Below are positions 1 through 12,986 of a stretch of 64,000 nt of DNA, in pieces (the first letter of the stretch is position 1; each line of letters opens with the position of its first letter). The stretch is from positions 124,001 through 188,000 of the forward strand of contig NW_026250417.1 of assembly GCF_024521635.1 (NCBI RefSeq). Direction: 5' to 3'. Source of the stretch: Tricharina praecox (Eukaryota). The notes under the pieces were generated by a model that did no database searches, was not told the DNA's origin, and saw only the letters and a list, made by a program, of their open reading frames with translations. The position numbers were made by a program, and so were the translations under genes.

Positions 1-124
1 GCGTCTTTGCAATTGGCGGGTTCTTCCCCACCACCACCCACCACCGCTACCAGGCTCACCTCACCTCATCTAGGTAGAGTAGATACACCGTTTCGCAATG
101 TATGTAGAGTACCTAGAGCACATA

Positions 125-320
125 TACGCAGGAACGCAGGCACGCAGGCACGCAGGCACGCAGGCACGCAGGCACGCAACTACCGCGCTGGATGGGGTGG
201 GATGGGATGGGGCGGGATAAGATGGGATGGAGTGGGACGTGATGGGATGGTACGGAATGGTAGAGTATATACGGGATGGGATGGTACGGAATGGTAGAGT
301 GTATACGGGATGGGGGCCAA
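125..320. repeat. (GCACGCAG)n octamer array, then GGGAT-rich repeats and a ~35-bp direct repeat
   Basis: About 5 copies of gcacgcag at 135-177. gggatggtacggaatggtagagt(a/g)tatacgggatggg occurs twice between ~244 and 315. Confidence 0.85.
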
Positions 321-435
321 CCTCTGTTCGCATCTCTCCACGTCCGTCCCCAAGCAGAGCCCTGGTACCGTATCGCCACGGGCTCGACGATAACTATGAT
401 GCTAGATGATCGGTGCCAGCTCAGCTGTCAAATCG

Positions 436-490
<55 letters not shown>

Positions 491-649
491 GGTAGCCAGC
501 AAGCTTCCCACTTTAGACGCAACGTCGGCGACGCCTTCGAGATACCTGTGTACCTACTCTACATGCCCACTCTAGAGTGCTTACCGTGCCTCTCTTCCTC
601 TAGAGTATCTACTCTAGCATAGTACAGATATTAAACCTGGGGGCGGCCC

Positions 650-702
<53 letters not shown>
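436..702. repeat. Microsatellites (TAC)n and (GA)n
   Basis: Perfect (ACT/TAC)n at ~436-490 and (GA)n at ~652-702. Confidence 0.95.
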
Positions 703-704
<2 letters not shown>

Positions 705-2687
705 GGCAGTCCCTTCCTTCCCTTGCCTTCCTTCCCTTCCTTCCTTCCGTCCTTCCATCCACCCTCCCCCCACCCATCCCACCCATCCACCCACCCCACC
801 CCACCGCAAAGCTTGCATCTGGGACCTTAATATCGGAGAGTGGATTCCATAACAACCAGGAAATCAAATATAATCGTTAAATACCCATGTGCATTGCATG
901 CATCGAGCCCTGTCCTCTCACTGCTCACCCATGGCGGCAGTGAGCGTTTCGCATCCGTCCAACGAGGGAAATAAAAACCCTACAAGAAAGAAAGAAAGAA
1001 AACAGGACTGGAAGGGAAAAAAGAGAGGGAAAAAAAGATTCCCCATAGATATGCCAGTGACAGTGCCAATGCCAATGCGATGATGTGATAAGTCAGTCCG
1101 GAAGGGACGGACGGACTGGGACTCGGCCACTGCGCATCTACGGTACATATCGACTCAACTCTGGTTATCGATGATGTCTCGGAGCTTCTCTTTCCCTCGC
1201 TACTAGCTAGCACCTACACATCAGAGCTGTGCATAACCACTTTCTGGAGCTCGAGAGCAAACATCCCCCACCCTTCCCATCGTGAGCCAGCTCTCTAGAG
1301 TCTACAAGCACTAGGACTCTATGTACGGTAGATACGACGCCCGCCCGGCGCCCGATGACCTGGGTTGGGTTCAAGTTCGGAGCTGGGGGTGGGAGTGGGA
1401 GCTGGGGGTGGGTGGGAGACCTCAAGGCTCAGACGCCATTTTAGCCCCGCCACTCTACTACTAGTATACTCTAGGCTGGATACGTATGGTCTGACCCGAG
1501 CATGCGACTCTCGGGCCCTTCGCCTTCGTCTTCGCCTTTGCCTTCCCCCCCACCCACCCAGCACAGCAGGTCGAGATCGATCAAATTCAGCAAGCCAGCA
1601 AGCCAGCTCGTCTACCTAGCTAGCTAGCTAGCTAAGCCCAGTAGGTAAGTGCTCTAGAGTAATCAAGATTCAAGCCCTCGACTCTCGACTCTCGACTCTC
1701 GAGCTCGAGCTCGAGCTCGGGCCCGCCCGCGGGGATAACTATCATAACTATCATTTTGTATGTGCCCAGGAATAATACGCCGGTCCAAGCCGTGGCGGTG
1801 GCGGTGAGGAAAGTAGGTACCAAGGTAAGTACTCTAGGTAGGCATCATCGCCGGCGTGCGCAGAGTAATCCCGTCATGTTTAGGGATGTTTGGGGCGCCC
1901 CGCCGCCGCCGCAATTTGCCTCCCGGATCGGATGGATATGTAGAGTAGAGTACTCTACCGCCGCGTAGGTGGGTGGGTGGGCCGGGTACTCTACTCTACT
2001 GATGGTGATAGTGATGGTGATGGTGATTATCTGGATTGGTTGGCTGGATGGATGGATGGATGGATGGATGTCGGGGTAAGCTGGCTGGTTCGCTGGCTGG
2101 CTGGCTTGCTGGTGCGAGCTGCTAACTAGATACTATCATACCCGTAGGTACCATGTGACCACTCGAGTCAAGTGACTTCCCGCACTTACATACATATATA
2201 CGGTACTTATCACCAACAGGCTGGATGGACGGACGTCCACGATTGGATCATCGTCAAGCAAGCGAGCGGCGGGCGAGCGACCGCGGTCCGCGGACGGATG
2301 GCCTGCCTTGCTTGCCAGCTGTATCCACCTTCCAGTTGGCAGCGGGCACCGGGGGGACGGCGACGGGGATGGGGACGGGGACGGGCTAGCTTCAAGCACG
2401 CCTCGTGGACTACCCTACTCTACTATACCGTACGTCGGCTGTTCCGTCATGGTTCCATGTAGCCGAAGCGAGGAACCAGACATCCATCCAGCGCGGCCTC
2501 GCCGGCGGAGGGATGAGTGGAAACGTCCGTTACGGTGGAGTACATGAGGAAAATGCAAGATCGGAAAAAGCGAAAACCAAAACAGGGTCATGGAGGATTA
2601 CTCGTGTACTACTTATGTACTCTACGATATCTACTAGCTCTACTAGTAGGCATGTATGACAGGGCGGATATCTATCTACTGGTGGAC

Positions 2688-3899
2688 TCAAATCCACTCT
2701 ACCTCGGCAATGAGCGGTTCTCCAGCATCCGCGTCAGCCGCTACCCCTTCGGCCCAAAAGTCCTTGTCCCTATCCAGCAGGAGGTCACGATACCATTTGC
2801 CCAAGAGCCTCGCGTCTCTGTTGTGGTGACTGTAATTATCCTCCTCCTCTTCCTCCCCGTCGTCATCATCATCGCTCCACGAGCTGTACTCAAAAAATTC
2901 AGGAGACGGCCTGCTGGTCTTGTGTGTCTTGCTTGTCTTGCCGGGGTTACGTGCGTCGCTGCCGGTTACCGGTGGCCGGTTGTACTCCGTGTCTGCCCAC
3001 TTCGGCCGGCCTGTATATTGGTCAGCCATGCATAGCTCATCACTCGCTGACAATGAAGGGGGGATGAACAGTTCAAGCAAAGTCCCCTGCTATCATTCAA
3101 TCTCGGCTGTTCTAAGCAGACATAGCACCTTCTATCGTGAGCACCCCGAAATTCCTGTTCCCGCGGGGTCGAAATCGACCTCGTAGCTAACCCCTCATTA
3201 GCATCATCACACTCGCACTCGCACTCGCAGGGGGGGGGGGGGAGAAGGGAAGGGAATCAAACGCGATAACAAATGCCGACAAGTCCTACACAGCCCAGAC
3301 TTCAGCTTCCTACCGAGTCCCGGACCCTTCTCGCAGAGGCGGCACACGGCGTCGCCCTGAGCATCGCGCACGATCTTGAGAAGTTTCGGCCTGCCTTTGG
3401 GGGGGGAGGGGGGCGTGCCGCGTCAGCACTTGCTCTCTCTTCGAGGAGGGGTGGGAAACCAACAGCCCTGACAATAATACCGCCCATCGCGCTTCCGCAC
3501 ATCCTTCGTGGTGCCATGGCAGGCGGAACACGTCTTCCCTACGACCATACCTCCACCTCCACCTTCACCTTCACCTCCACCTTCGCCGTCGCCCTCACCA
3601 TCACCTCCACGCCGCGGCCCCGCGCGCCCCGTGATCTCAATGCGCCGCTGGAACCCGAGCGCGTCCCGGCAGCCAAAGGATTCGTCAGAGGTGTTCCTGC
3701 GCAGCGGGAGCTTTTCCGTCGGGTGCGAGAGGCAGCGGCGTTTTTTCGGGCTACTACCGCCGCCGCTGCCGCCACCGCTGACGCTACCGCAGCTGACGTT
3801 GGAGAATAGGCTGCGGATTCGCGCGGGGATGTGCAGATGGTGGTGGTGGTGCTTTTGCTTGCTATTGCTGGGGTGTGCGGGTAACGATACTGTGGGCAT
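2688..3899 (-). CDS. Hypothetical 335-aa protein with three CxxC-x(12-15)-CxxC putative zinc fingers and an acidic C-terminus (4 exons)
   Basis: Exons 3899-3460, 3390-3263, 3186-3070 and 3010-2688 total 1008 nt and stay in frame. Introns of 69, 76 and 59 nt are GT..AG with branch motifs GCTGAC, GCTAAT and GCTGAC. Splicing gives CSAC-x15-CQGC, CRLC-x14-CRTC and CYVC-x12-CLNC. The ATG context is CCAAAATG with an in-frame stop upstream. Confidence 0.75.
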
Positions 3900-6120
3900 T
3901 TTGGAGAGGGGGAGGGGGGAGGTGCACAGGGAAACTGGGGCGCTGGGGCAAGGTCACTTGTAGAGCGGGTGCGTTCAGGTTGGTGGGGTTCAAGAAGACT
4001 GGTCTTCACTCTGGTGGGTTCTGGGCCGGTGGTGGGGGGCTGAGGGTTCGACTTGAAGCTTCAAGCTCTGCTAGCGTACGATGGCCGGGGTATAAAGAGC
4101 TTAGAGGGCCCGTAATACCGACCGAGTAGCTGGCTTCTGCTTGGTTGGAACTACGGCTGATGGTCCGGAGGACTGTGGCCTTCGAGATTCGAGATTCGGG
4201 GGGTGCATGGCGAGCACCCGGCTGTTCGTGCGGCCAAACGGTCCGCCAACGGAAACAGAATCAGTATCGAAGAACCACGACTTCCTCTCCCGCAGAGTGA
4301 CAAGCAGTAAAAGCCAACCTGGTATCCCAACGCCGGCGCTGCTATTCCAGCCATATTAGGTAGTCCGGACATCTTGCCAATATCAGGCCCGCCATCACCT
4401 ATCCGTGTGATGTGTGTGATGCCGGTACGCGCAGAAAAACACAGTACTCTAGTGACCGCTGTCGTCCCTAGATGGATGATGGATCTTTACGGAACTTCTT
4501 TGGAGTTTACGCCTGGATGATGGATCTTAGAAAAGATGGTCTGAAGTTTCGGACTCGTGAGTGATCATCCTCTGGTTTAAAGAATATGGGACCGATTCGA
4601 GTCTTAAGGTGCTCGGAAGCTGGGATTGATACCACGCGAACGCCGTGATGCGTAGCAAAACTAGCTTTGAGGAAGTACGAACTTCTAGGCAGCTGTGTGG
4701 AAACGGCATCCACCCAGCGTTTGGGGGAGTACGCATTTGTCGTGACGCCCTCTCAGTCTAGCTTTGATCCGGGATTCAGGAGCAACTTTTCTTCAAAAGA
4801 CTGCACAGCTGCCAAGAATCTATTTCGCATCAAATTCGGATACTGCATCACACGAGGCAGATGCAGTGGAGTATCATCACCAGATCACCAAAAATACGTC
4901 TTTCAAGGAACACCCCACGAACACCATATGAACCCAGAGTTCTTTATAACGCTTTCTAATTGTGTATCGGTATTGTGATGCAAATTCAATATTTGCTTTC
5001 TACAAATGTAATTCATTTGACCTCTTTATTAATTCGGGCTTTCGTCAAATGCCGTATTTCAACAGATTGTTGGGTTAATCCAGTGTAGCTCCGGGATCGA
5101 TTTTACCCCGTTTTTTTGCCACTGCTGCTCACTCACAACGAGTGACTCGGCTCCTACGCAAGCCACCAATTTGGACAAGTCATAACTGCGCTTTCGACAC
5201 AGTCACTTGCACTCACTGAATCCATCGACGACGACATCGCTTGGTGGGCCTGGTTGGATCGAGTTTCGGAAGTCCACGAACGGAGATTTCGCGATATCCT
5301 ACGAACGAACGAACAACATGACATTTTCTTTGCACTATGCTGTTGTGCGGATGAAGTAGTTCGCTGGTAGTTCTCTAGTATTGCGGACAGTGCGTAATAT
5401 TAAGAACTGCAGTAGTTCTTCCGGCTTTTGTAGTAAGCTTATCTTTACAACACTGCGTATAATGTTTTCCTTACTGCAGAAATGAGAATATAGAAAAACA
5501 AATACCAGAATAAATCTGTATTTTCCGAGACTGCTGGATTCAATACCGAGCGGTAGTACTACTGGAGACCTTCGGCATCAATCGCACCCCACTTTTTGCT
5601 ACTGTATTCTACCGTACACTGCTTTGACACCCCCCCCCCCCCCCCCCCCCCCCCCTCCCACAAACCCAAGCGCCATGGCGGCGGCTTGATATGTCTGTCG
5701 TATCCCAACCAGATCACCGAAGCGGTGTTTAGATCTGTTTCCTTCGAAGCATTATATATTCAAAATAGGAGGGTAAGATGTTCTGGTATGCTTGTTGATC
5801 CCGCTTGCCACCAAACCCATGTTTTCGCCGGTTTCAAAACGGCCCTGCACCATGGCAGTGGGAATACCTGCTCGCTTTGATGGCGATACCACCCCCCGCA
5901 CTATCCCCATCTTCTTCGGTTTGAGCCTCCTGGTCCGGAGTCACTTCCTAGCATCAGCTTGCCACCTCCCATCACTCGACAATAGTTGCTGCTACCTATC
6001 CCAACACGAATGGAGACCGGATCGGATTTGAAAGAGACGGGATTATGTACAATGCTGTCCCGATCGGAAGCGGCCGGATCCAGAACGATGAAACAAAAAC
6101 ACCTCCCGAGATCCCCCCAT

Positions 6121-6658
6121 CTAAAACTTGGCCTTCCCGCTCGGCCAGTCCTTCCAGCCCCTTCCATGACCCCTCCGTTTCCACTCCTCGATGAGCGCAG
6201 GCATCTTCTCCATAGCCTGTTTCCGTATTTCGAGCCTGGGGGGTCGCAGCAATTAGCAATCCATTCCGCTCCGCACCAGCCATTGCGAGTATGGCATCAT
6301 CATACCTGGACTTGAGCGTCCTCTCCTCCTTATGACCCCTCACGCGCATTGGCTTCTCAGCCCTCTTCAGCCGGGCCGCCTCGCGCGCGGCCGAACTCTT
6401 CTTCGTGGGCGGCAGCAGCTCTTCGACTCCATATCGGCGCGCGAGCTTGCACAGGTCCGCCTGGCGCCGCAGCGAGAACACCGGGTTGTGCCACTTGCCC
6501 GTCACCGGGAACACGGTCGGCTTGAAGGGGTTGCTGCGCACGTCATTGGCGGTGCCCGGTGGGTACCGCGCGAAGAACCGGGTTAGCCGTGGCGGAAGCA
6601 GGCGCGCGAGCGAGACGAATGTCGACGCGGCGGCGGTGGCGGTGGTGGGCGTGGCCAT
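6121..6658 (-). CDS. MRPL25: Mitochondrial large-subunit ribosomal protein mL59
   Basis: Motifs LPPRLTRFFARYPP, NPFKP..TGKWHNPVFSLRRQADLCKLA and VRGHKEER. After intron 6305-6236 the protein ends RKQAMEKMPALIEEWKRRGHGRGWKDWPSGKAKF*. Confidence 0.9.
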
Positions 6659-6893
6659 TGTTGTTGTACGGTGACCAAGTTGTGGTGAGGTCGTGGTGGG
6701 CCGGAGGTGCAGGTAGTTCGTGGTATGGTGGGGGAAATTTTGTGGGTGGCCGGGTAAAGGTGCGTCATGGCCGAGCATTCAGAACGATCTCCAGCAAACA
6801 ATCTACAAAACCCATTCTCCAGCAATCCCTCATCCCGGAGAAATCTGGATTCGCTTTCTCTCCAGACTATATATTACTACCGGTACATGTACA

Positions 6894-9277
6894 TCAATTC
6901 TTCCACTTCCCACCGCCACCCCCAGTGCCCCCCATGATCGAATCCTGATCCCGATCCCGATCCCCGCCACCACCGCCTCTATCACCGCCCGCCTTCCTCG
7001 TTCTCGTAGGCTTACTCTGCGCCGCCTCGTGTTTCCTATTTCCCACACATTAGCCATTATCCCACACTGGAAAGGAGAAACAGCTACGAACCTCAATTCC
7101 TCCGGCACTCTCGAAATCGCACTCTTCATCAGCATCTGCTTTAGATCATACATGACATCTGTATCTTCCGGACCGAGGAACGTGATAGAGACACCACTCT
7201 TTCCCGCACGACCAGTACGTCCGATACGATGCGTGTACTGCTCAATACTCGTTGCCATATTGAAGTTGATAACCAAACTGACATCAGGTACATCGATACC
7301 TCTACCCGCAAGATCGGTAGCGACGAGGATATCCGCCTGGCCGGAGCGGAGCTGGTGGAGTGCCTGTTCACGCTGGTCCTGCGATTTCGATCCGTGGAGC
7401 GTGACAGCATGCCAGCCAGAGTGCTTGAGATCCTTTGCGACGGCATCGCAGTTTCGCTTGATGTTGACGAAGACGATGACTGGGGGTGAGTATTCGCGCG
7501 AAGCGAGGAGTTCCAGCATGCGTTTCTTGCGCTTATCTTCGCCCGGAACGAACTCGACGCGCTGTTCGACAGTGTCTACAGCTTCGCCGGCGTTACCGAT
7601 GGTGACGATTGCCGGGCGTCGGAGGTATTTACGAGCTATACGTTCGATTGCCGGAGGCATGGTGGCTGTGTACATCATTGTCTGACGGAAGCGGTCTTTA
7701 CCGCCAAGGTGTTTGGACATCAGCACCGGGTTCTCAGCGTCTTCGGTGTCCGGCTTGATATTGTGAACTGGTAGGGCGTCGAGGATCTTGTTTACACTCT
7801 CTTCGAAACCCATGTCGATCATGCGGTCGGCTTCGTCCATGATCACGTAGCAGCATTGCGAAAGGACCAAGAGACGACGCTCGAGACAGTCGACGAGACG
7901 ACCGGGCGTGGCGATAATGATCTCGGCACCGTCTCGGAGGTTGTAAGCTTGCTCTTCGATGGTGTGACCTCCAACTATCGAGACACAGGTGAATCCAAGC
8001 GGCGTGGCAAACTTTTTTGCTTCCGTTTCGATCTGCTGGGCCAATTCACGCGTCGGTGCGAGGATGATGGCGTATGGACCGTCGTTCTTCGTGAATTCCG
8101 TCAATCCAGGAAGCTCGGAGATGTAGACCAGCAATGGCAGGATGAACGACGCCGTCTTTCCGGAACCAGTAACAGCGACACCAATCAGATCTCTGTTCTG
8201 CAGAGCAATCGGAATCGCAGCTCGTTGAATCGCCGACGGGTCCTTGTATCCAACCTCATCCACCACCTGCAGCAACCTAGTCGGCAACTGACTCTCCTCC
8301 CAACTCCTCATCGGCAGCGGAATGCCTCCTCCCCTCGTAGCAATATTAAAGTCCTCCTTGAAAATTCTCCAATCGCGTTCCTTCATCATCTCGAGCGGTT
8401 TCTCGGACCAATGCTTATCGACCCAATTCGTCGCCTCGCGTTTCTTCCTCTCCATCTCCATAATCTCCTTTGCTCTCCTGGTCTCATCTTCACCGCGACT
8501 CTGCAGCGCTTGCAAATACGCATCCACCGGTTTCTCGGAATCCGCGAAACCCCCCAACTTCCCCCTTCCAAAGAATCCTATCTGTTGTCTCTCCTCGTCG
8601 AGGGAAGTATCCTCCTCCGCCCCCCACTCAAACGTAAACTTCCTCTCATGCGTTTTCCGCCGCTTCTTCTTGCTCGCAAGAACAGAAGTGTCAGGGTCGA
8701 CACCCATATATCTTCTCTTCATCTCGGCCGCCGCCAGCTCCTCCGCAGCCGATAAGCTCCGCTGGTATTTCTTCTTCTCTTTCGGTTCGTGGTGCTGGTG
8801 CTGCGGCGGGGGCGGCGGCGGGGGCATATCCCTCCCATCCCTCTGATTCCCCGACTTCCTCATAGCGGCCGGGCCCGTCGGGGGCTCTCTACCGACCCTC
8901 GCATTGCCACCCCCTCCCCCACCTACCATCCCACCATTCGCTCCCCCATTCCCGCCCCCGTTTCCGATAACCCCATCCTTCCTCTCGCGCTCATCCCTCA
9001 ATCTCTCGAGCGCGCGCTTCTCGCGCTCCGCCTTGGACAAGAACTTGGGCCGCTTCGCCGCCTCGTCCGCCTCCTTCTTCTTCTGCAGGATCTGCTCGAT
9101 GCTGAGTGGCCCGCGGCCGGCGGGCGGCTTCGGTTTCGCCTTGGGCGGCGGCGGGGGCGGAACCTCGTCTGCTGGGGGCGGCGGCGGAGGCGGCGGTGGT
9201 GGCGGAGGCGGCGGCGGCGGGAGCGTGTCTGATGGCGGTGGCGGTGGCGGTGGCGGCGGTTGTGCTATTGAGGACAT
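6894..9277 (-). CDS. PRP28: Pre-mRNA splicing DEAD-box RNA helicase Prp28
   Basis: HWSEKPLEMMKERDWRIFKEDFNI, AVTGSGKT, PTRELAQQI, DEADRM, YTATM and HRIGRTGRAG. One 3' intron (~7036-7091) leads to KHEAAQSKP...WKN*. Confidence 0.96.
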
Positions 9278-9751
9278 TTTTGGGGTATCGCGTGTCGCGT
9301 GGTGAGCTGCGGGTGGGACCGAGACGTGTGTGGTGGAGGCGTCGAGGTTGAGGTGCGGGTGAGTGAGGTGGGTAGGGTAAGTGGTGCACATATTATCACT
9401 TAGGAGTTTGTTGTCATGTGACATCTCAACCCTGGTGTCTACCTATGTGAAGAGGGTTGCCAAAGTTGGGAAAGGCCGCATGCGAGGGAGTTGGAGAGTG
9501 TTTTGAATTTACGATTTCACTGGTGGTGGTCAATCGCAACAACTAATAGCATGATTCATTACTAAGGTGCCTAAGTAACTATCCCGTCAAACAAATGATA
9601 TACCTATGCCAATAAGAGAAGTAAGTATCGCAAAAACAACCACAGACCAACCACAGAACAATCAGAAAACAACCAGAAAACAATGCAATTAGAAAACAAT
9701 CACTCTAGAGGCCACAAATCGACACTCTAAAGGCTAACAAATCGTCATTGC

Positions 9752-11691
9752 CTATTCCACCGCAGTGACATCAGGAGCATCCTCAACAAACGTCAGGTCC
9801 GCCTCTCGTCCAACGATGGTGACGCCGAAGTCGATTTTGCAAGCCAATGTGACCTTCGTGCATCCCCAGATAGTGATATGGGTGATGCCCCTCTCTTGCA
9901 TCGCCTCGACAACCTCGTCGTCCACCGACCTAATGAACCCTACATCAATCGTCCGTAACTTCTTGAAATCCGGCAATGCCTGCAAGAGGCCGTGCTTGGT
10001 GATGTCTCCGCATGAGGTGAGGTCCAGCATCTCGAGCGTCTGTCCGCTGTGGGTCGCAAGCGCCAGCAACGCAGCGTCTCCGAAGCTCTCGGGACGAGCA
10101 ATGTGAAATTCCCGTAGTCCGCGGTTCTTATCCCAATTGGTGAACAGGTTGGTGATGTTCAGGTCCGTGAGAAGCTCGCAATCATTGAGGTTGAGGACGC
10201 GCAGATGGGCACAGCATGCGTGGATTGCGTCCAGGGTCTCCTGCGTAAGAAGCATGTTGCCTGAGAGGTTGAGCTCCTCAAGGCCCGAACCAATGACGTC
10301 TAGAAGCGAGATCACAGAGGCGTCGGTGATGCCGCCACCAGCAAAAGAGATATCAAGGCTCTTGAGCTTCGGACAATTTTCGAGCGCCAACACACCGTCG
10401 TCGTCAAGTCGAGCGAGGTGGGAAAGACACAAAGATTTAAGGTTGGGGCAGTTCACGGCGATAGCCTCGAAGACGTCACTATTGGTGCGAGCCGTCGAGG
10501 TGAGACTGAGCGATTTCAAACGAGGTCCCACGGTCTCGAAGAATTTGGCGTACACTCCGGCGCTGACAAGGAAGGCGCCACGGATATGAAGAGACTCGAG
10601 GCATTTGAGCTTCTCAGCATAATACGGAAGGACTTCATCAGTCATCTTTCCGCAGTGATGCAAAGAGAGTTCGCGGAGATGTGGAAGAAACGCTCCAATG
10701 GTGCGCAAATTGTCGCTATCAATTTCTACCGATCAAGTGTTAGCAGCAAGCATGTATGAGTGGGTACAGAGGAAACATACTGGCACAGTCGTACAACGTC
10801 AACTTTTCCGATTCCTTATCATTCTCGAGGAACAATCGCATGGTGTGGTTCGTCAAAGATCTGTTGCGCGAGATGATCTGGCAGATCCGGTCCATAAACC
10901 TCTCGGGGAGACCCCCGAAATCGTCGACCTGGTCAATACCCCTCGCCACGTACTGCCGTGATATTAGTCTTCTACACCGTGAGAGGGGATATGATGACAG
11001 CTAGCACAAACCTCGATGCAATAGTCCTTGAGACTCTTAGCCATGCAGGCCTGGTTGTTGTCGAGAGCATTACGCAGGTTGTCACGCTTGGCTTTCTTCG
11101 TGGTAGTACGTTTCTTCTTGACCGTCTTTTTGGCCTTTCCATACTTGCTGCCACATTTGGAACACAGCATGCCATCTCCCTCCTGGGCGGCACAGGTATA
11201 AGCGGTGACAGTGAATCGAGACTCGCATTCGGCACAGAAGGTGATCTGGCCTGGATTTGGAGTATTGCTCTGTTCGACAAAGTCGGGGTTGAAGTCCACA
11301 TCGTCGGCATCTGATTCATCATCAAAGTCTCGCTTCCGCTTCTTTTTCGCTGGCTTCTTTTCCGCTTTTGCCTTTCCTTTAGGCGCTGGGTTGGAGGGCC
11401 CTGCTGTTGTTTCCGCCGCTACCGCTGACCCTGCCGCCGCCGCCGCCGCCGCAGCTTGTTCTTCCAATTGTTCCAAATTCCGCCTGTGGGCGCGCTGCCT
11501 GATCTGCGCAGCACTGATACCTTTCTCCTGCAAAGATCATGAGCCCATATACCACAAAAAATTCAAGCAAACATACCCGCAAGAACTCCGTTAGAGCAGA
11601 ATTCGGCCCGCGAACATCTCCAGGACGTCTCCCCGACCTGCCGAGACATGTAAGTGACACGAAGCGTGAATTTTATTGAGAAATCATACAT
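9752..11691 (-). CDS. RAD7: Global-genome NER protein Rad7 (zinc finger, Elc1-binding box, LRRs; multi-exon)
   Basis: N-terminal VRGPNSALTEFL, CAEC..RFTVT..LCSKC finger, SLKDYCIE box, ICQIISRNRSL..LTLYDC and a 318-aa RNI-like LRR exon. Divergent from RAD16. Confidence 0.92.
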
Positions 11692-12144
11692 GACTGTTGT
11701 TGCTGATGCTACTGTAGGTGTTTATTTGAGAGCCTGGGGGTTGTTTGGATCGTTGGTGCGTTGGGTCAAATGGTCCAAGCAAAGAGAGAGCAGGAGGAGG
11801 AAGAGGAGGAAGAGGACCGGAGAGGACCGGAGAGGAAGCGAAGAGTAGACGGATGTGTGGGGGATAGGGTTGTGGTGAGGCCGGTGGTAGGGGTGGAGGT
11901 GGCGGTAAGTAGAGGGAGAGGTAGGTAGAGGTGGGTAAAGGTGGGTAGAGGTAAGTAGATGTAGAGGTAGAGGTCCTCTAGAGTAGAATAGATGGAGGAG
12001 AGCTCTTTAGTGTTGCTGCTGCAAGGCGACTCGGCCGTTCTTTGGATCTTTGGACCCCGGTCAGATATTTCGTGTGGGTTGAATTTTGGAGGGGTAGGCA
12101 ATTTTACGGTACAAAGTACTGTTCTACAGTAGCTCTCAAAGCTC

Positions 12145-12462
12145 GGGTCGACGCGTCTCGCTCAGGATGCTGCGACGCGGTAAGTGGAAAGCGGCATCAC
12201 GAGCATCAAGAGCTAGTGGCGGTGATTGATAACAGGTAGCAGAATTAACTCTCAATGACAATTCTGTAGATGGAGAGGATGACAATTCAGACCGAGAAAA
12301 TGATCTAGGTGTCTCTGTTGCGTTGTGATTTATTGGCTGACAGAAGTACTGGACGCGAAAGGAAAAAGTGAAATTGCCCCTCTTGGAATTTGCCACAAAC
12401 ACGTCTTCCCGTGGATCTAAGGTGCACGCAAGAGAAAACTTACACGGGTTCGAGACGCGACT
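12145..12462. promoter_or_regulatory. Cluster of MCB/SCB-like ACGCG elements in the RAD7-RAD16 bidirectional promoter
   Basis: ACGCGT at 12151, ACGCGG at 12175, ACGCGAAA at 12353 and ACGCGA at 12455, between the two divergent start codons. Confidence 0.45.
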
Positions 12463-12986
12463 TCAATTCGAAGCTCGCCCCTCCCTCCATCCCCCGTTAA
12501 ACAGCACACTCTATCTTCCTCTCCTCTCCGTCTTTCTCTCACCTTCCTCCTCTCCACCTTTGCCATCATACAAAGATCTCTGTCCATCTCTGCCAGTCAT
12601 CCAATTACCAGGTAAGCAGTTCTTCTGGATCTCCTTCGCTTACTCGCTCCGCCCCACCCCCATCATCTCTCTTTTGCTAGCTTGCGATTGCCACTCCCAC
12701 CTCGAGTAACACTCGTATCGCAGTACGGCAATCGACAGAGAACTCAAGACATTCTCTCACTCCTACCCTTTCATCCCGTCCCGTTGTTCCCTGATCCCCC
12801 TTTGTCAGAATCAAACATCCCCACCCCCTTCCCCCTACCAATCAAAACCCTTCCGTCTCGCAGCCCCCCTTTCGCATACATCCACCGCAATTACTAGCCC
12901 TCTCGGTTTCTTGCTGCTCACAACCGCTGCGTTCTAGCTACTCGACTCAGCTTCATCTGACAGCTCCATACAGCATCCTCACAGAG

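Noticed and set aside
1..2600. Numerous 60-100 aa ORFs
   Set aside because: Translations of microsatellites and low-complexity DNA without splice or motif support.
5000..5600. tRNA-like or other Pol III gene
   Set aside because: No cloverleaf or properly spaced A/B boxes found by eye.
6720..9351. Long plus-strand ORFs (321, 299 aa and others) opposite PRP28
   Set aside because: Antisense shadows of a GC3-rich coding sequence, with no motifs of their own.
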